The notes below the pieces were generated by a model that saw only the letters and a program-made list of their open reading frames with translations, was not told the DNA's origin and made no database searches. A stretch of DNA of 63,510 nt, filler included, from Octopus bimaculoides (taxonomy: Eukaryota): assembly GCF_001194135.2 (NCBI RefSeq). It is 8 parts of 8 records of this genome, joined end to end, with 100 filler letters (N's around TTAATTAATTAA, not from the genome) between each part and the next. Parts side by side here need not be neighbours in the genome. Positions count along the whole stretch, not along the records: positions 57,763 to 62,066 come from NW_026396317.1; positions 62,167 to 63,510 come from NC_068981.1; 6 more parts are not named here. The stretch is one strand, 5' to 3'. The translations under genes and the position numbers were made by a program. Positions 61,931 to 63,510 of the stretch are shown here, piece after piece; the stretch's first letter is position 1; every line of letters starts with the position of its first letter.

Positions 61931-63103
61931 AATGAAAATAAGTATATGTATTATTTATGTGTCATTCTATCTATTGTCTGTCCGTTTGTCTATCTATCTA
62001 GCTAGCTAGTTAGCTACATAGCTCTCTCTCTCTCTTTCTCTCTATCTTTCTCTCTATCTTTCTCTCNNNNNNNNNNNNNNNNNNNNNNNNNNNNNNNNNN
62101 NNNNNNNNNNTTAATTAATTAANNNNNNNNNNNNNNNNNNNNNNNNNNNNNNNNNNNNNNNNNNNNTATATATATATATATATATATGCATATAAAAATA
62201 CACACACTCATATGCCTATATGCTCTTATAAGAATTCACCTATACATACATATACGTATTTATGTATATTTGTACGTAAGAGAGAGTGAATGAGAGACTG
62301 TGAGAGGTAAAGAGAGGTAGAGAGAATATCGTGTTAATTTTCCATTCTTTAATCCATACAGATCTGACGTTTAAGTACATTCCATATAGTCAATTCGGCC
62401 AATATTAAATCACTTACATTCATACTCATCATTAAAATCAAGGAATGGTATTAGCAATCTCATTCACTTATCATGTTTGTCAGACGGGGGATGGCAGTTG
62501 CTTCTCTGGTCAAACCTCTGATCTGCGAACCCATTCTCCATATGATTACCAATGCGTTGGACAGACAATACACACACAAAGAAAACACGGAAGCTGACCC
62601 GAAATACTCTTCAAACGTCAATCATATACATTATATTCAGCTGGACACGCTTTTGTCATAAGAGTGACATACACGGAGACATGCATACTATCACACGCAC
62701 AGAAAACGGACAAGCAAATAGACACATATGTACGCAACACAAAACACCCACGTACACAAGAGCATAAGTAGTGACAAGGTTAACACCTTGTCTTAGTATA
62801 AGACATGTCAGAAGTCCTCATATTATATCAATGCAATAGTCGCCAGGCTTTTGTTGACTTCAATCAAGGAATTTTCTTGAAGGCTTTTAGCAACTTCCTA
62901 ATTGTACATACTTCATATTAGCGCTCACCTGCACACAGAAACAGAAACGCATGGAATTTCACAATCATTGTTTTCGACGTAGTAAGTTTAAAAGCCACGT
63001 GCATATTTTCACCCCTCCCTTCTATCTCTCCTCTGGCTTTCACTTTCTCACTCTCTCACACGCATATAACTATATATGGGTATGTATATACATATATACA
63101 CAA

Positions 63104-63134
<31 letters not shown>

Positions 63135-63260
63135 ATTCTTCGAAACGCCGGAGTTTTAATGGTGGCAGCTGATGAAGGGTATGTTTCTATGTGGCCTGTT
63201 TGTTTGTTGCACCTTGTTTACCATTTTGTCCATGTTCTTTTGCCACCTCATGTACCCAGT
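63135..63260 (+). mobile_element. Penelope-type tail with truncated hammerhead (no GAAA half)
   Basis: ggcag-CTGATGA-A-GGGTA...TACCC then microsatellite. A similar half-site occurs at 24908-24914. Confidence 0.4.
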
Positions 63261-63332
63261 TATGTATCTATATGTACATGTAGATGAACGTATATACATA
63301 CACGTACATATATATGCATATACTCAAATATT

Positions 63333-63369
<37 letters not shown>

Positions 63370-63470
63370 TATATGTATATATATATATATATGCATATAT
63401 ATATGTGTATATATGTATGTATATATATTTATACATATATATGCATGTATATATATATTCATATATATGC

Positions 63471-63510
<40 letters not shown>

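Overview
AT-rich, microsatellite-dense animal genomic DNA. The SINE families, simple-repeat load and gap style point to an octopus (coleoid cephalopod) draft assembly; this is an inference. Roughly 6 kb is N, including seven 100-bp gaps carrying an artificial TTAATTAATTAA linker. The only protein-coding gene I can support is SF3B4 (SAP49): two minus-strand exons (21237-21382, 18352-18480) with canonical GT-AG sites. Its other exons are not visible, and both exons sit on one block bounded by scaffold linkers. The rest is transposon landscape. It includes dozens of tRNA-headed SINEs from at least three families, a probably full-length but dead hAT element (~28.9-31.8 kb), and a maT/DD37D-like mariner fossil. 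There are also Penelope-like RT and GIY-YIG remnants, RTE and R4/Dong-like LINE fragments, and several MITEs. Two things stand out. (1) A MITE family (1107-1776, 53734-54337) has GG-starting TIRs, exact 8-bp TSDs, nested inner inverted repeats and a TTAGGG telomeric-repeat core, which is a head-to-head CCCTAA/TTAGGG palindrome in one copy. (2) There is a series of minimal type I hammerhead-ribozyme motifs in Penelope-type tails; two lie in compact ORF-less inverted-repeat units (5025-5428, 34737-35037), and one family has a non-canonical CUGUUGA core in two copies. Nearly all entries in the ORF track are microsatellite or N-gap artefacts.
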